Made by a program: the position numbers and the translations under genes
NCBI GenBank assembly: GCA_010015585.1
Contig: ML975150.1
Reading direction: 5' to 3' (one strand)
Source of the DNA: Eremomyces bilateralis CBS 781.70
Taxonomy: Eukaryota
DNA: 64,000 nt
Notes under the pieces: generated by a model
The model's input: the letters and a program-made list of their open reading frames with translations, nothing else
Database searches by the model: none
Told to the model about the DNA's origin: nothing
Part shown: piece after piece, positions 1-14,287 of the stretch
Layout of the letters: each line of letters opens with the position of its first letter
Numbering within the stretch: the stretch's first letter is position 1

Positions 1-427
1 ATGCCGGCAGCGTAAAAGGCCGGGGCAATAGTCAGGCAGATGATTTGGAGGAGGTAAGGGTCCTATAGAGGATGGGTCAGAATTGATGGTAGAAATGAAA
101 GAGATCGCGCAGACGTACCTCAGCAAATGGTTTGCTATGGGCCATAACCCGTCCGATATATCCTATCATCTCCAAAAGGCTACCGCAAATCATGGCGATT
201 GTGAAGCCATGAAAACTTCGATACACCACACTCTGGACAACGAATGCGACGACGGTGAGGGCGAAGAGGGCTGTGAAAAGGCTATTCGCCGCCAGAGACG
301 GCAGGTAGCCCCAGTATGAGTATCCTAGAGGGCATGTTTCGAGAGTGCAGAGCTCTCTGCAATCGCGGCGGTTGTTGTTCGTGATCGTATCAAGGCCCAG
401 AAGGCATTTTTCGAAGGCGTTCGACAT
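1..427 (-). CDS. RTA1/RSB1-family lipid-translocating membrane protein, 5' part (runs off left edge)
   Basis: Exon 119-427 encodes YWGYLPSLAANSLF...GSLLEMIGYIGR. Intron 63-118 (GTACGT...CTGAC...TAG) joins it to DPYLLQIICLTIAPAFYAAGI. Both segments are typical RTA1 motifs. Confidence 0.9.
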
Positions 428-1786
428 CCGGAGCGCCTCGGCCGTGTTCAGATGCAGACAAGGTTCGACGTCCCGTTTGCAAATTGATATCTTTCTTTTG
501 CCGTTGATCTATCAGAAGGATATCCACGAGGGTGGTTTTCTATCGGAAACGACCCGCCGACAGAAACCCGCGGTCTTCCGGTCACTATTATTGGGATAGT
601 ATTGAACAGATGGAGACGAGGTGGCGATGAACAAAACTGAATGGTGTAGGGGATTCTGACAAGGTGAGAGCCGTATACAGCAACTTAAGAAAAACTCTGA
701 GTCCCTAGAGAAGGAAAACTATCATCAACAACTGGTCTCAACAGAGGGAACGAGGGGATTGGGATAAAGTTGAATATCCATCCGAGATCTTGGGCCCTCT
801 CCACCATTACTGTCTCCATGCGGGTCATGGATTAGCCATGGCGATCTTGGTGCCCATGCAAGGACGGACGGACTCCCTTCCGATCACCAGGTTCGAGTCC
901 TTCGGCGGGCTCGCTTACAGGGAAAGAATGGCAAACGGAAGCATTTGGAAGGTTACGAGGATCCTAGATTCTTGGTGCTAACTTAGTTAAGGAACCTAAG
1001 AAGTAAGAACCCAGGTGCTGCCGACTGCCGACGATTTTCAGATTAGCAGACTTCCATTGACGAATCGGATCCCCGTCGGAACGGTGTACCCGGGCAAATT
1101 CCTGTCCAGTTGTCCCTTTGACTTTAGAAATTAGAATCCATTCTTAGGATTTAAGTATCGATAGGAGGCGTTGATCGGTCATCATGGGATGGGAACTCAC
1201 TTCCGCATTTCCGACTCCCTTTTTGGCTACCATTGAACTCACTCACAAACTCGCCGCACCCAACACTTCTGCTTGCGGTGCTCACTGTATGGGCCATCCC
1301 GTATTACCTGTGCCTGTAGACAGTACTCTCAGGTACCTAACATAACTAACGATACAAGGCACAATAGAAAGCAAAGATGGTTGATACTTTGCAAGGGCAC
1401 CAACATCTGGTATCGTATCTCCAGTTCAAAGGTAGGAATTTCCTATGAAATCTTGTCCAAAAGGTTCTGCCGTAACACGCATCGGATCTCATGTGTTGCC
1501 AAAGCAAAGGCATGCCCACAGCAAACCATTCGCTAATTAGGTCAAACACATTGTTCTGGGTCATCCCTTGTCAAGTTCTTCTATTCCCTCAATCTGTTCT
1601 GCGATAGATCCTCTAAGTCCACCGGTGTTCCACTGGATTCCTTATGCCGCTCTGCGAGTCTCCTATCCAAATCTCGTTCAGATACCAACGCTGACCCTGC
1701 CATCCACGGGATTGGGAGAGGGAGAAACATCTATCCAAGTTACAAGCACTAGTCTTAAATCGAATCACAGCAGCTCAAGACATCAG

Positions 1787-3058
1787 ATGGTCCGCTTCGA
1801 CATGGCTTCCCTATCTACCTTGCCACGCTTGCCTACAGAGCTTCTCCTGGCCGTGACAAGTTCTGCGGATAACACAGGTTCCCTCTTTTCTCTGCGGTCG
1901 ACTTGTCGTACAATGCGAGCTGCTTGCTAGGAAACCTCCATAAGACGCTATTTCGAAACCCGAAGTCATCTTCTAAGCTTCGAGTCCCTGCTGTCTGATT
2001 GCCATCTCGAAGCATTCCATTCTTGGTCCCGCTGTCGGCCAACTTATTATCTGCACCATTGGTGATCCATTGGGTCTACAACACAGCTATACCAGTGGCA
2101 AATATACTGTTGATCGAGCGGAATTTACGACACTGCTTAAAACGGCGCTCTCGAGCCTCGACAACTACAAGTCTTTTGGGCTCGCTATAGCAGTCGTCAC
2201 TAATCCACTTCCTTGGGGCTACAAACAGCATCCAGACCAGTTTAAGAGGCGCAAACTTTTCATTCGCCAGCCGCCCTTACTACCCCCTCCACCTCTCTCA
2301 CCATATCAGGACTTCAGTCTCTTTGAGCGCAGCTACCAAGGTACCGACCATTCACTTTCGAGAACACTTCATGTCCTCATACCATTGCTCCTCGAGAGCA
2401 AGCTGTAGCTAGAGAAATTTACAGTTCGATTCGAACGCCGTAGAAGCTTCGAGAGCTGCCTTCCCGTGTCTTCCCTGGAGATACCTGGCGGACTTTGCGC
2501 TGTGTGGCGTGCTGGGTTACTTCATAATCTACTGAGGCTTGAGCTTCAGATAGAACGCGGTCCACAGTTTCTACCCAGGACTCTATGGAAATTTCTAAAC
2601 CTTACACCTGGCTTGGAGAGCCTGTTCATCACAGCCTGCCGGCATGCTGCTGCTGGTGTCGACGTAATATTCCAAGACTTTGCTTCGGATCTGAGCCTTC
2701 AAAATCTACAGTCTCTTAGCTGGCGGCGATTCAATTTCACCAGCGTGTCTCTCTTTGCGCTCCTTGACCGGCATAAGGGATCTTTGAATGCGATAAATTT
2801 GGAAGAGCACACGTTCCGCGGTGACTATGCTCGTGCAATTTGGCCCCGGATATTAAGGCAAGGGATCCTGATCTCGAAAAGTTCATGATCATTTCATGTG
2901 ACGTGTTCTCGGAGAAGGGGACCGGGTTTATAGCCTTCTATGGCCATGGAGGAGATAGAAGGAGCGAATTCTCGGACCATTCGCCGCTGGGGATACAAAC
3001 AGAACTTTGGGACATGGATCGGAACGAACTATACACACGAACCGTCAAGGGTGAATGA
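1787..3058 (+). pseudogene. Disrupted F-box-like protein gene
   Basis: ATG 1787 and F-box-like LPRLPTELLLAV...LFSLRSTCRTM. In-frame TAG at 1928-1930, then ETSIRRYFETRSHLLSFESLL, a frameshift near 1991-1995 into LIAISKHSILGPAVGQLII, a second in-frame TAG at 2406-2408 and LRR-like LQNLQSLSW. Probable further frameshift near 2850-2870. Confidence 0.75.
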
Positions 3059-3965
3059 AGGAAGGCGTAGTTAGCCTACTTGAAGCCCGGAGACCAAAAA
3101 TTGCTGCTTGGAGGAAATTCAGTGTCAAGAATCCTCTTATGCTATGCTGCTTAACTGTCAGAAGGCCAACATGCCCAAGAAAGATGGTTAACACGGTCCA
3201 TCCAGGTAGGCGAGATTAGTGGTCTTCGATGCATATCTCCAGGACTTCGAAAACTCAGTTGAAGTTCAAGAATCCTCCTTTGGTGCTTGCTCGTTGCTAG
3301 GTTGGAGCGGATCTTGTCACCATGCGTCGAACAACATAGGGAACTATGTGAATATTAGTCAACCCCTTCACAGCTGAACATATTATTTCTTAATGGATTC
3401 AACTCCAGCTAGAAGTCTGAGTTTTGCAAACTCAACAGTTCCGTATACCAGTGCTTGCTTTTCCTAGTGCAAAGACCTCTCACATGCCATGCTCCATTTC
3501 GTAAAGCACATCGATCGATTCCCATCTTGATGTAGGCTGGGTTCGGAGCCTCTTAGTACTACCAGCCTCCCAGTCAGTGGCTTTTTACGGCGAGGAAAAA
3601 ATCAATTCATGTTGTTTAGTAAGCCATGCGGATTGACCTTTCAAGAACTTCCGGCTTCGTAAACAGGACCTCCCTACAATTCTTGAGGAACATAAAGAGA
3701 CCTGAAACACCTGCTCTTGGAGCACATGGGCTTTAGGAGGTCCTCCGATGATGAAGCACCTTCCCTAAGGAAAAGTGGCACACAATACAGGCAAGGTACT
3801 CTGATATTATTTCAAACGCTTTCGCTATAACTCAGGAATGATCTCATTGCAACGGATATAACAGTATTCAGTCCTATTTGCACCTTACCGTCAAGAGGAA
3901 TCCCGATCTTGCTGAAGCGACTTGGTCTAATCGATACAGCCTTGCCGAAACTGACCTGTCCTCAA

Positions 3966-4683
3966 TCACAAACCTACCGCTAACCCCCCGATAGTAGCCA
4001 TAATTGCCGCGAGAATTCCTATCACAGCAAGCTCTCCAACAGTGCTCATTGCGTTTGCCGAATTGGTGCCGCTCTGGCCACCGGAAGCTCCGCCTGGCGT
4101 ATCTGTAGAGCTGCCACTTGTCACCGCGCCAGCACTGGTCGCGATAGGAGCATCGATCACCGTTTCGCAAGTTTGTGCTTCAAAGCCGGCAATTTGGTTG
4201 GATAGAACAGCGTTCTGCACAGAGCTGGTCGGGCAGTATTGCACAATACATCTGTACGGATAGGGTTAGTCCGCCTGTCTCGGGTGTCTATCATAGCACG
4301 GGGCATACGAATAAGCATCTTTCTGATATGCACAACCGCAGTATTCGAAGGGTGAGAATAAATTTGCCGCCGTCGCAGTGGCGGAAATGCAGACGTCATA
4401 GGTCGAAAGAGCTATGGAATGGCAGGACGATACATCTCTGATACAAGATTAGGACTGGATTCGGGAGGAGTGCGTTGACAGACGGAGCGAGCCAGACTAA
4501 TGGGTCTTTCCAACATTTAGGATCATAAGCCGCTGGATGTTGGGTGCTGGTAACCGTGGCTGAATAGGAGGTCCGAGTCCTAGATACCGATCGTGCGGTA
4601 CGGGAAGCAGTTGTGGAATCCCGTCCAGCAACAAGGGATGTCACGATGCATATCGTGAACATAGTGAGGCTAGAGAACAGCAT
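3966..4683 (-). CDS. Secreted Cys-rich, S/T/G-rich, probably GPI-anchored cell-surface protein (CFEM-like), 3 exons
   Basis: Signal peptide MLFSSLTMFTICIVTSLVAG. Middle exon DVSSCHSIALSTYDVC...FEYCGCAYQKDAYS joins through intron 4252-4308 to CIVQYCP...QTC, then a S/G linker and hydrophobic C-terminus. Donor of the first intron is uncertain. Confidence 0.7.
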
Positions 4684-7600
4684 AATGGCAGTGGTATGAC
4701 TGGTATCGAAGCAATGATAGGGGATGTATCAAACTTGAATAACAACTGACGATTGGAATCGAAAATGCAGATGCAGAAGCCAAAATCCAACGGAAAATCA
4801 TCCTCAGTTCTCCTTTATAAGGGTTGTTTACCTCTGGCCCCTTTCCTTATCATGGACTAATCTGTTCCAGCTGAATATTTTAGCCATGTTAGGCCAAGTC
4901 ATGAACAAGGTCCCAAATTACAATTCTGTTGGTGCTATTTGCGGTTAACCACAACATCACAGCGTTTCCATGCATATGGCCTCAGAATTGTGAGAGTTGT
5001 CTCAAGCAGTCAGGATAAATTTGGGAACAAGAAACGGAATTCTCCAGGCCGCAAGCTCACACAATGGGTTTTATGAGCAAAAAGGCATATGGTAGGAAAT
5101 ACGCTGGGGGAGAGCTGATAAGGCCAGTCTTGGTGGCTATCCAGTGAGATTGAGTTATTCACGGCCAAGCAACGGGCTAAAAAGCTAAAGGGGCTGGACT
5201 GTGTGAAGACCCCGTTATCTGTATGCGGGGTTGGGTAGCTACAAAAGACATGAATTGATGCGAAACTGAAATGAAGTTTTAAAGTCGGTGAGAGGACAAT
5301 GCGCCATTCTCTTGTCCTGAGCATGGGGACGAAAAGACGCCGCTTGCAGGACGACTGGTATCGAGTGATCCCCAACAGCAGTTTCCTATTTGTATGAATG
5401 ACAGTCAGGGCTAAGTCTGTCCATTAACCCTCATCTCTCATGCCCGAAGTCGCAGCTCGAGCGCCCCATACCTTACATGCATATTCAGACCAGATTTTGT
5501 CATACCAATGCCCACATTGTGGCTCTCCGACTTGCATCTAGCACCTGCATTTTGGCTGGCGGGGCATGATGGCACTGGATACCATCCTGGAGCCATAGCG
5601 ACGAACCTATTATAGAGTCAAGGGCAAGCACGGAGGTATAGTTGTCATATTAGTCCGATCCAAATACTCGCTCAAAAGCTACACGGTATATCTTGCGTTA
5701 CTCTAGCCAAACGGGGGCGGCTCAATTCGTCTCCCCACTGTCCAGCTTGATGGAGACATCATAAAACTCATGAACTCTTCCACTGGCTGCAGCAATTGAC
5801 GGGCATCTGATAAGACCTTAATCGAGCGGACATCAATATCCCGAAACATCCCTGTCAAAATAGTAGAGAATTCAAGCCATTGAGAGTAGCATTTGCAGTA
5901 TATCGGGCCGGCATCAAAGTCTGTTGGAGCACAACATATATGCGGGCTCTGTGGTAAGAATGTCTCCGATGACTATATTGCTTGACCGTCCAATCGTTGG
6001 CGGCTGGGCAACTAGGATCGTGCTATGCGGAGGCTGGGATACTGAGAGCGGTGAGATTCTCGACTAATTGATCTTGAATATGGTGGTGTAAACGCCCGGC
6101 AGATCGAGCAGTTATCAAAGGTGGTTGCGGCAGTGAATGCAGTGACGTTGGATTTGATATATCATATTTGCAGGGGTATACACGTGGTGACATCACGCAT
6201 TGCGAGTACTGCACGCTACAGTATTCCACCTGGTACGCCGTAATATTAGTGCACGCGAATTCATTACCGAGCAGAAGAAGGGCCGATTCTAATTCAAGCG
6301 GCTTGAGTAGATGTAAAGTATCATTTATCATATCGGGAACGTGTTTGCGATGTTACAGTCAAAACGAAGCTCCAGTGACTTAGCAGTTAAGAGCAAGATC
6401 CGGGAACTAGGTCGTGCACATGAACAATAAGCGATGTAATAGGCATTATGCAGATCATGATGAATCTACAGCAAAAGGTAGGTACCCTGACCAGTGACCT
6501 CCATTGTATCTGGGTGATTGGGGCATGATAACTCCGAGCGGCAGAGCGGCAAGGCTACCAGAAGGCTAACGGCTCGCACCGTTTCCGGGCTATGGGAAAC
6601 CTATCTAAGTCCATGCATACTAGTAGGTTCCTAAACGGCACGTATCAATGACTTGCTAGGGCCCTGCATTTGACTTCTGCAGTGCATGCATTATTATTGC
6701 ATGTTATTTATATTGAGTAAACGTCTGTATGAGGAGTGCTGTGTAACCCTTGTTCATTAGCCATTCGGTGGGACTATGAATGTCCCGACACTGAAATCAG
6801 TGGCAAAACGAACGTACAATATCGGATTAATTTTTCCTAGCACTGTATATTTAATGTCAAGCTTGAACCTAACCGACAGCTACTTTTAAATGACATTGTT
6901 ATATCCATGATATCCTATACTCATATGATGGCCACTGGAGGAAGCGAACTGCCTGCACTCTGCATTAGCGGGAGCGCTGGTCTAGATGAATGCTAGGGGT
7001 TTACGAGTGAAACTCACATGTATGCGATTTTTGCTCCACCATCATGAGTGATAGTCCAGACCTGCATCTGTAGTGCTGATCTATATCCAATTATGAACCT
7101 GTCGCTCAAGACCAGCATCCATGTATGGTCAACTATTAAGCTAACCAACAGGCGAGAAACACGTTCCTTTAGTATCTAGATATGACGGTGCCCTAAGGGA
7201 AACGAGAAATCTCCTCTGAAGTCACATGTGCTCGGGTAATTCTGAGAGATCTGGAGATGCCTCTGCGCCACGGACAGATCGGATACAGGGCATAGGGATT
7301 TCACTTGATGCCATGACGATTGTCCGCTGGTCGGGAACATCTAAGAGATTACCAATTCAAAATGGCAAAGAAGCATTATCATGTCTTGGCAAGCTATGAA
7401 CTTGGCCCTTTAGCATTGAAAGCTTCCTCAACGCTGTAAATACTAAATGTTTGATCGAATGATAGCATACAGCCATACAGTGGAGGGACAAGTGGCCAAA
7501 CATGTATTACAAAATTGTACATTGCTGGTACTGCTCCTCACATAATTTCTAGACCCCTCTGCGCGGTACAAGCCGCCTCAACGTCTGATGGACGGCAACC

Positions 7601-7896
7601 CGGGCCAACTACCACTAATAGTGATATTGACTGCATAAGTTCCATCCCTTTTTCTTGGCTACCACTCGCTCAGCACTAAACTAAGGGATCCACTGCAAAT
7701 TACCTGTCAGATTTGTTCCAACCTTTGTGGAAATTCCCGAGTTCCACGATCCCATAACTTGGTCATGCAGGTCATGAATGTCATTAATATCAGATGTACA
7801 TATGATTCGTCACGCCATAAGGAGGGTCGTCTCTTGACTTGACGGTAACCAGTCGCGTAATTGAAAGCAATGGTGGTGTTGCATAAACGTTTCTCA

Positions 7897-9632
7897 TCAG
7901 AGCCACCGGTTGAAGTCGTCGTGGCACAGTGGGGGATCGAAGGTGGATGGCACCATGCTCGCCAGATCCATCTGCCAGTCAAGTGATTGCGGCGTTACGG
8001 GCGAGTTGGTATCCGATGGAGGACTGTCGTAGAAGAGCGGCTCCCCTGGCTTGAGTTTAAACTCCAGCGCATGGATCCCTTCGTTGATCCCTTCATGGAT
8101 CGGTGATGCAGCCGCACTACCATCCAGCGCAGCCGGGCTGAATTTGTGTTCACCGAAGACTGAGGATACAGGAGTCGGAGGGGTCCGCTCATCTGTGGCA
8201 GCTGCGGAGGTCTGAGGTCGACTGGCGACCATGCCTGGATCTTCGTGGTATGGTGACGGCTGGCTCGGGGGAGTGTAGTATGGTGAAGGAGCAGTGAGTG
8301 GGGGGGTGGAAGTCGTGAAAAGGAGATCGTGCGCATCGTACGCGAAACTCGGTTGGGATGGCAGGTCCACTTGAGGCAATCCATGCGGATAGGAATAGCG
8401 GTAAGCGGGATTCGTCATGTTTAGCGATGGAACTTCATCCATTCGGTCGAGTTTTCCTGAGCGGCGCAAGCGAGCGTTTCGTTTCGTAGCTTGTCCGCCT
8501 TTTGCTCCTGACGCTTGCCGCTGAGGTGCAGGATGGTGGGATCGTCCATTTCGCTTATTCCCCTGCTTGGTACGAAATCGAGTCGTGGATTTGACACCTT
8601 CTCGGACCGCGTCTTCGTCCAACCGCCACATGAACCCTTTCTTCGTTTCATCCCCAAACGGTTGGTCAACCTTCTTGAATGCCTAGGCCATGTCAGTTGC
8701 GATCTAGAACATAAGGACACTGCCCGTACCCCATTCATCGAAAGGTTATGCCGGATACTGTTTTGCCATCCTTTGGTGTCGGGATCTTTGCCTTTATCGG
8801 TGTTCTGCCGGAACCAGGTGTAGATATCGCGAAGAATCATGGTGTGATTTGGTGCGTGCAAGAGCGCTCGAAAGATCAGCTTTGCGTAGGGCTCCTCCTT
8901 TTCGGCAGCAGAGTCTTCCCCATTTCGCGGAGGGGTTTTGACTTCGGCATTCGCACTAGTGAAGCCTGCGGAAGGCTTGAATTCTGTGCCATATCCATCG
9001 GATGGACTAAGAGAACTTGGTTCATCCGCAGCAGGTGAAGGATATTCCTCTTTTACCTGCACCGTCCCCGAGGCGCTTGGGTCAAAGGGCAAGTATCCAG
9101 GGAAAGTACTCGATCGATCTGTTTGGATGTTTGATATCTCCGGCGTTTGGATTTGATATACGGAAGGAGGGAACGAGTCTTCGACTGAGTTAAATGGACT
9201 TCGTTGAGCGAGATCTGGAAATCGCCGAGGGCAAGTCACATCTGCCGCCGAAGGCCACCTGGCTCCGTATACATCGTTGGTGGGTCCGGACGCATATGAA
9301 GGGATTGCAGTATAATTCAGAAATTCCTCTTCAGTAGGGACATATGAGGAGGAAGTGTTCGGAGGGCCGCCTGGATCCCCTTTCGGGACACAGTCGTAGA
9401 ATGAAGACATGGTCGAGACACCACTAGGGAGGGCAGCAAAAACGTCTTCCCAGCCCTGAACACCGTCGGCGCCGTTGGTCGGTGGGTCATCAGTCGGAAA
9501 CGCCATGGTCCGTGGTGTAAGCGATGGCCTGAGTTGTGGATTGGAGTTCTGAAGAGAAATTTGCGTAGAATGGGGAGTAGAAAGGGACATATGAGGGTCA
9601 GGAGCCCAACTCTTCGCATTCGTAGAATCCAT
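7897..9632 (-). CDS. Forkhead (winged-helix) transcription factor, 2 exons
   Basis: EPYAKLIFRAL...LRDIYTWF...WQNSIRHNLSMNG, intron 8683-8729, then AFKKVDQ...KKGFMWRL...GVKSTTRFR. Confidence 0.95.
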
Positions 9633-11098
9633 CGTAAGGGAGCACTTTACGTGAGCTCACACCTAATGCGACGATTGGGAGGAACAATGGTAACGGTCAG
9701 AATGGGCCAGAATGTGGCACAAGGAGTGTTGCCGGGAGTCGGAAGGCCAAGGATGAGCAATTGACAACCGTCCTGACCGATTTGATGGCGGCTAGTGAGA
9801 CATTTTGAAGCATATCAAAACACACATCGACTCAAAGTCCAGAGAAATAGGTTGGGTCAAGCTCCTATCGGGTCGGATTGCGGTCTTTTTCGCCTTGCCA
9901 TGACATAGGTACGGAAGCCAACGCAGAATGTTCGACGCATGCATTCTCCGGCGATTGTCACTACCGGCATCAGGGCAAACAGGGACGATGTGCCTGAGCG
10001 GTCGGCTTCTCACACCAATGCCAAAGCTGCCCACCTCGGCTTGCCTCTCCCAATTCACCTACGGAGGGTGAAAGGCGATGAGTGACATGACTGGCCTGCC
10101 TGGTTTTGCTGCCCAATCACAACCCAACAGTCCTCCAAAGACTCAGAAAGATGTACCTCGTGGAGTCAAGAGAGTGGGACTGGTCTAACGAGGGAGGTTG
10201 ACAAGCCCAATGAGATCTAATTGCCAGTTACATGCACATGCGGAAAGGTGCAGGCAGCTTGTAGGTACGACGGCCGGTAACTGGGAATTGGCGACACAAG
10301 CCTTTCAGACCATGACAAGATCGGGAAAACCTGACCGCCCTGGGACATAACGGATGGTGCTGATCTTCTAGAACGCCTTCTTGGACAATGTCTCATGCAC
10401 AACGGGCGAAGGGGGCGCCTGGGATAGACAGGCGGAGCTCAACGTCCCATGCCAGTCGAAGTTGCGCCTGATGCAGGTGACACATCGTTCACCAGACCAT
10501 CATTCACTTTCTGCGCCCCGTAGTGGCTGATTTGTTGCACTGCTTAGCGAGATCGGGCCAGTAGAGCGTGAGAGGCAAAAGACCGACCGATGATGGAGAA
10601 TCATTGGGTCCGTCGCACGTTACCACCACTCCACAGGACACAGAGTAACAGGCCAACATGGACTAGCCAGCCTTTTCAAATTCAGCATATCGATAGGTCC
10701 AATATTGCGACAGAAGTCCAGAAGAACCATAACATCTCCTCCGATGCAGATGTCGAGCTGACCGTTCCGGGGCGCCGGATCTCGGCGCGAGTCCCGCGAG
10801 GAGGCGCAACGGAACGCGGCTCTATGCAAATCGGAGAATTTCATAAAAGATGATGGCCGATCAAGCTGATTTCCTCCACGTGGTCCATGGACCCTGCCGT
10901 TGTTTTGAATTCTGGAGGAAAGAATTTCCTATCACAGTGTAACTATTCCCAACGACGGCATGTATGACACCCAATCTATTCACTGCTTCTTTGCGAATGG
11001 CTTCACTTGCCAATAACTGCATCCATTCTGCTCACGTTTGGATATAATGGGTCATGGTCGGTATTAAACAAGGCGTCCATAACAAAAACTGCAAGCTT

Positions 11099-12863
11099 TC
11101 ACTTGCGGTAGTAGATCTATAGCAAGGATTAGTAGCCGCTCAAAGTGACGGACGATCGATGCGTGCGAAAATGGCTTACCTTTTTGAATTGGAAGTGAAG
11201 TTGAAGAATGCCCTGCAATATAGTCAGTATTTGCACCGGCGGCACTTCGGAATCGGATAGGGTGTAGATGTGCATCTGGAGGAGTTACCGACTTTTTCGA
11301 AGCTGCTCTTAAAACCCCTGTCTCGCTTTGCGCTATAATCCCACTCCTTGTCGACGATGCGGAAAGCGATGTCTTCATATGGTGGCCCGGCTATGAATCG
11401 AATCAAGCATGTGTCCTCCTCTCCCGCGCGAGCAAAGGATTGTCCCCGCTTCCGTCCATTCTCGCGCTCTAGTCTGTAGGTTGGAGCCTTCGACTTATCA
11501 ATCAGATCCGGGTAGAAAATATTGAATTTGTACCCTTGGACGACCTTCGGCGGTGGGTTATCGTGATCATAGTGAGTCTGATTGTATTTGTTCCACTCGT
11601 AGCCCATCTGGACTCGATTGAAGTAGCGCGGTTTCCGTGGCCGGTACTTGTCCGCCCATGCTGCTGTAGATTTTGAGGCCACCTCCTCCTCTCCTGTGAA
11701 AATCTCCTCGTTTTCGCTCACTCCGCGCGCCACCTCCCGTTCGTAAAGCGCCTTCGTGGCATGGGAGAAGTCATCGTTGCCACCGCTTGCAAAGCGAGAT
11801 ACCTCGCTTTCGGGCTGGCCCGCTTGTTGCGGAGCCGGGTTTGCTGCAAGCTTGCCCTCGACTCTTTGTTGCTTGAGAGGCACGTACCCGAGTTTCAAGA
11901 CTTTTCGACGCTCGTTTTCCTAGGGGACAATCAGAATTGCTAAGGGAACAACGCATGCAGTCAAACCTACCAGGTGACTCAGGAACTCAGCTTCGTCGTG
12001 ACTCTCGAGTTGCTTGTCTTCAGGGCGTAATTTCAGAAGAGGCTCTGGGTCATTCGTAGTATTTGATTTCGAGGGATTTGGAGTTTGAACTTGGTGTTGG
12101 TTCGAAATGAGCTTTTGGACATCCAACCTCAGCTTTGCAGCGTCCTCCTCTTGCTGCTTCCTCAGGTCTTGCATGCGACCGTGAAGGATCTTTTTGGATA
12201 CGTTCCGTAGCTGAGCCTTCGCTTTCCATATCAAGAGGCCTTGCAAAAGATGTTCCCAGTATTCCACATCTATATCTTCGTCGGAAGAAAGCTTGATTCG
12301 CACTTGCTTCTCCAACCTTTGTAGATCCTCCAAACTCTTGGGAGCTAACAACTTGTCGATATCTGAGGAGACGGACTGGATCCCGCGTGTGGTTGAGGTG
12401 GACGTTCGAAATACCTTGAGTCGGTCGTTGCATATCACTAGCATCGTCTATGGCGTGTTAGCGCGATCCGTGATTGTGCTGAAGGTGCTTCACATACGTT
12501 CCAATACTCCTTGCTCTGGGGATACGTCTCCAGCGTACGATACGTCTCGATATCTTTCGCTAAGTCCAATAGTTCGTTCTCACCAAGCGACTCAAATATC
12601 CCCTCCGGGTCAACAAGCTCGAGCGACTCATCCTCATCCTCATCATCACCCAGAGTCGTGATTCTCGGCTCGATCTGGCGCAAGATCACCGCGAGCCAGT
12701 CCACGGGTCGCGCCCGCCCGTTGCGCACTCGAATGGCGGCCTTTTTCTTCGCTTGTTGTAGTACGAATCTATCTTCGTCGGCCACCCAAGCATCTTCTTG
12801 GGCATCTGCTGGACGCTTTGCTGGGATGGTCGACCGTGGATACTCGCGGCGTCGTTCGGCCAT
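11099..12863 (-). CDS. Cactin (spliceosome-associated factor), 5 exons
   Basis: EDRFVLQQAKKKAAIRVRNGRARPVDWL; C-terminal domain RPRKPRYFNRVQMGYEWNKYNQTHYDHDNPPPKVVQGYKFNIFYPDL; final small exons GILQLHFQFKK and IYYRK*; first intron 12448-12497. Confidence 0.95.
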
Positions 12864-14287
12864 GTTGGAAACGGTATGGGAACACGAGGGTGGAATTGGA
12901 TAGCGATAATGGCTAAAGGAAAGGTCAAACCTTGCTCATCAGACGATGTAAGCGACCCTTCGGTGGTGTAATGGAGCGGTAGCAAGTGTGGTTTTGAAAC
13001 GGAAGCATTACTCTGTACAAGGTTGTGTTCAGTTTCGGAGGTCACTGCAGTGGAACATGCATGTCCAGAGTCACAGATGTTGGATGATGCAGCCCAGCAG
13101 CGATCGGCGATCAACCAGCAGTGTGGCGGTGACTGGTGGCGGGGGTGCAGGATACATATGTGGCGCAATATGGAGAGGGAGTGGCGGTGCTTGAATGGTC
13201 CCGGTCTCGCCGGCTCCCTCAGCTCTAAATTCTTTAGGTATTGATTATTGATTTACAATTATCATGGCATAGTTTGAAGTTTCACTAGGAAAATGGTGCA
13301 TCAGTCTACAGAGTGCATGTGCACGTGTACGAACAATCAATTTCGGAGCATTATTGTGCTTCAAGTTCCTGCGGGACAGGCAATGAGACAAGATAGTACA
13401 TGCCATGTCAGTAGACGTAGTGCGTTCCTGTATGAAACCATGCCACTGGACATTGCAGAAAGCATCAGTACTGGATGGAAATAAGTACTTAAGTTAGATA
13501 TCAGACGATTCTTTGGTGCCACGGCATTCTGGAGATAATCATGGTCAAATTGTCCATGAGGCTCAAAGGCCACGGCAATGAAAGGTGGTACCCGAACCAG
13601 CAGCTTCCATGGATATGTGCATGTCCTATCCCAACAAACGTTTGACAACCGCATGGAGGGAATGTAGTTTTCGAATGATTCTGTGCCTCCGATAGAAATA
13701 ATACGGTTGTTCAACTTTGTAGGCGACTGGATGCTTGGTCCCAAGTGGTTTTCCATACTGCCAGTAGATGTTCGGGGCGGTTTATAGTATCAATGGTCGC
13801 AGGGGCATCTAATTATGTGGTGGCATGCGTATACCACATACCTAGTCAGGAAAGGGGAACAGGGGGTTATCCTTGGCTCAACGCCCCACGCTGCTTGACA
13901 CTTTGGACCATGTCGTGTCTACATTAGAACTTAGAAGGTGCTCTGTCTGATCTTGATAAAGGGTTGCTGCGTTCGCTGTGATCGATAGGTGTTGAACAAT
14001 TCCGGAGCGTCTAGATTCGGCCAAAATAGCCTGTTTGTTGGGTGGAGATGTGAGGCGCATTGTAGGATGCTTCTGCCGGGGCGTGGTTCTCGTTCTCCTG
14101 TCGAACCTGCCTCGTCGTTTTCGTCACCGAGACGAAGAATCGCGCACATCCTGTGTACTGTTCCCACTGTACCGTATTCGCTTTAGTTTAAATCGTGTTT
14201 CCTACATCGTATTCTACCATCGTTACTGCGTCGACGGTTTACCCGGTACTCCGATCCCCTCGCCTGGCGGATATCCTTTTCGAGACT

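Noticed and set aside
560..585. CGG/CCG triplets upstream of the RTA1 gene as Zn2Cys6 sites
   Set aside because: Too short and common to support without conservation data.
888..905. GGTTCGAGTCC, a tRNA T-loop/B-box-like motif
   Set aside because: No A-box, acceptor stem or cloverleaf could be built around it.
5000..7700. Long gene-poor, lower-GC stretch, considered as a transposon relic
   Set aside because: I saw no terminal repeats or transposase/RT motifs in the parts I translated.
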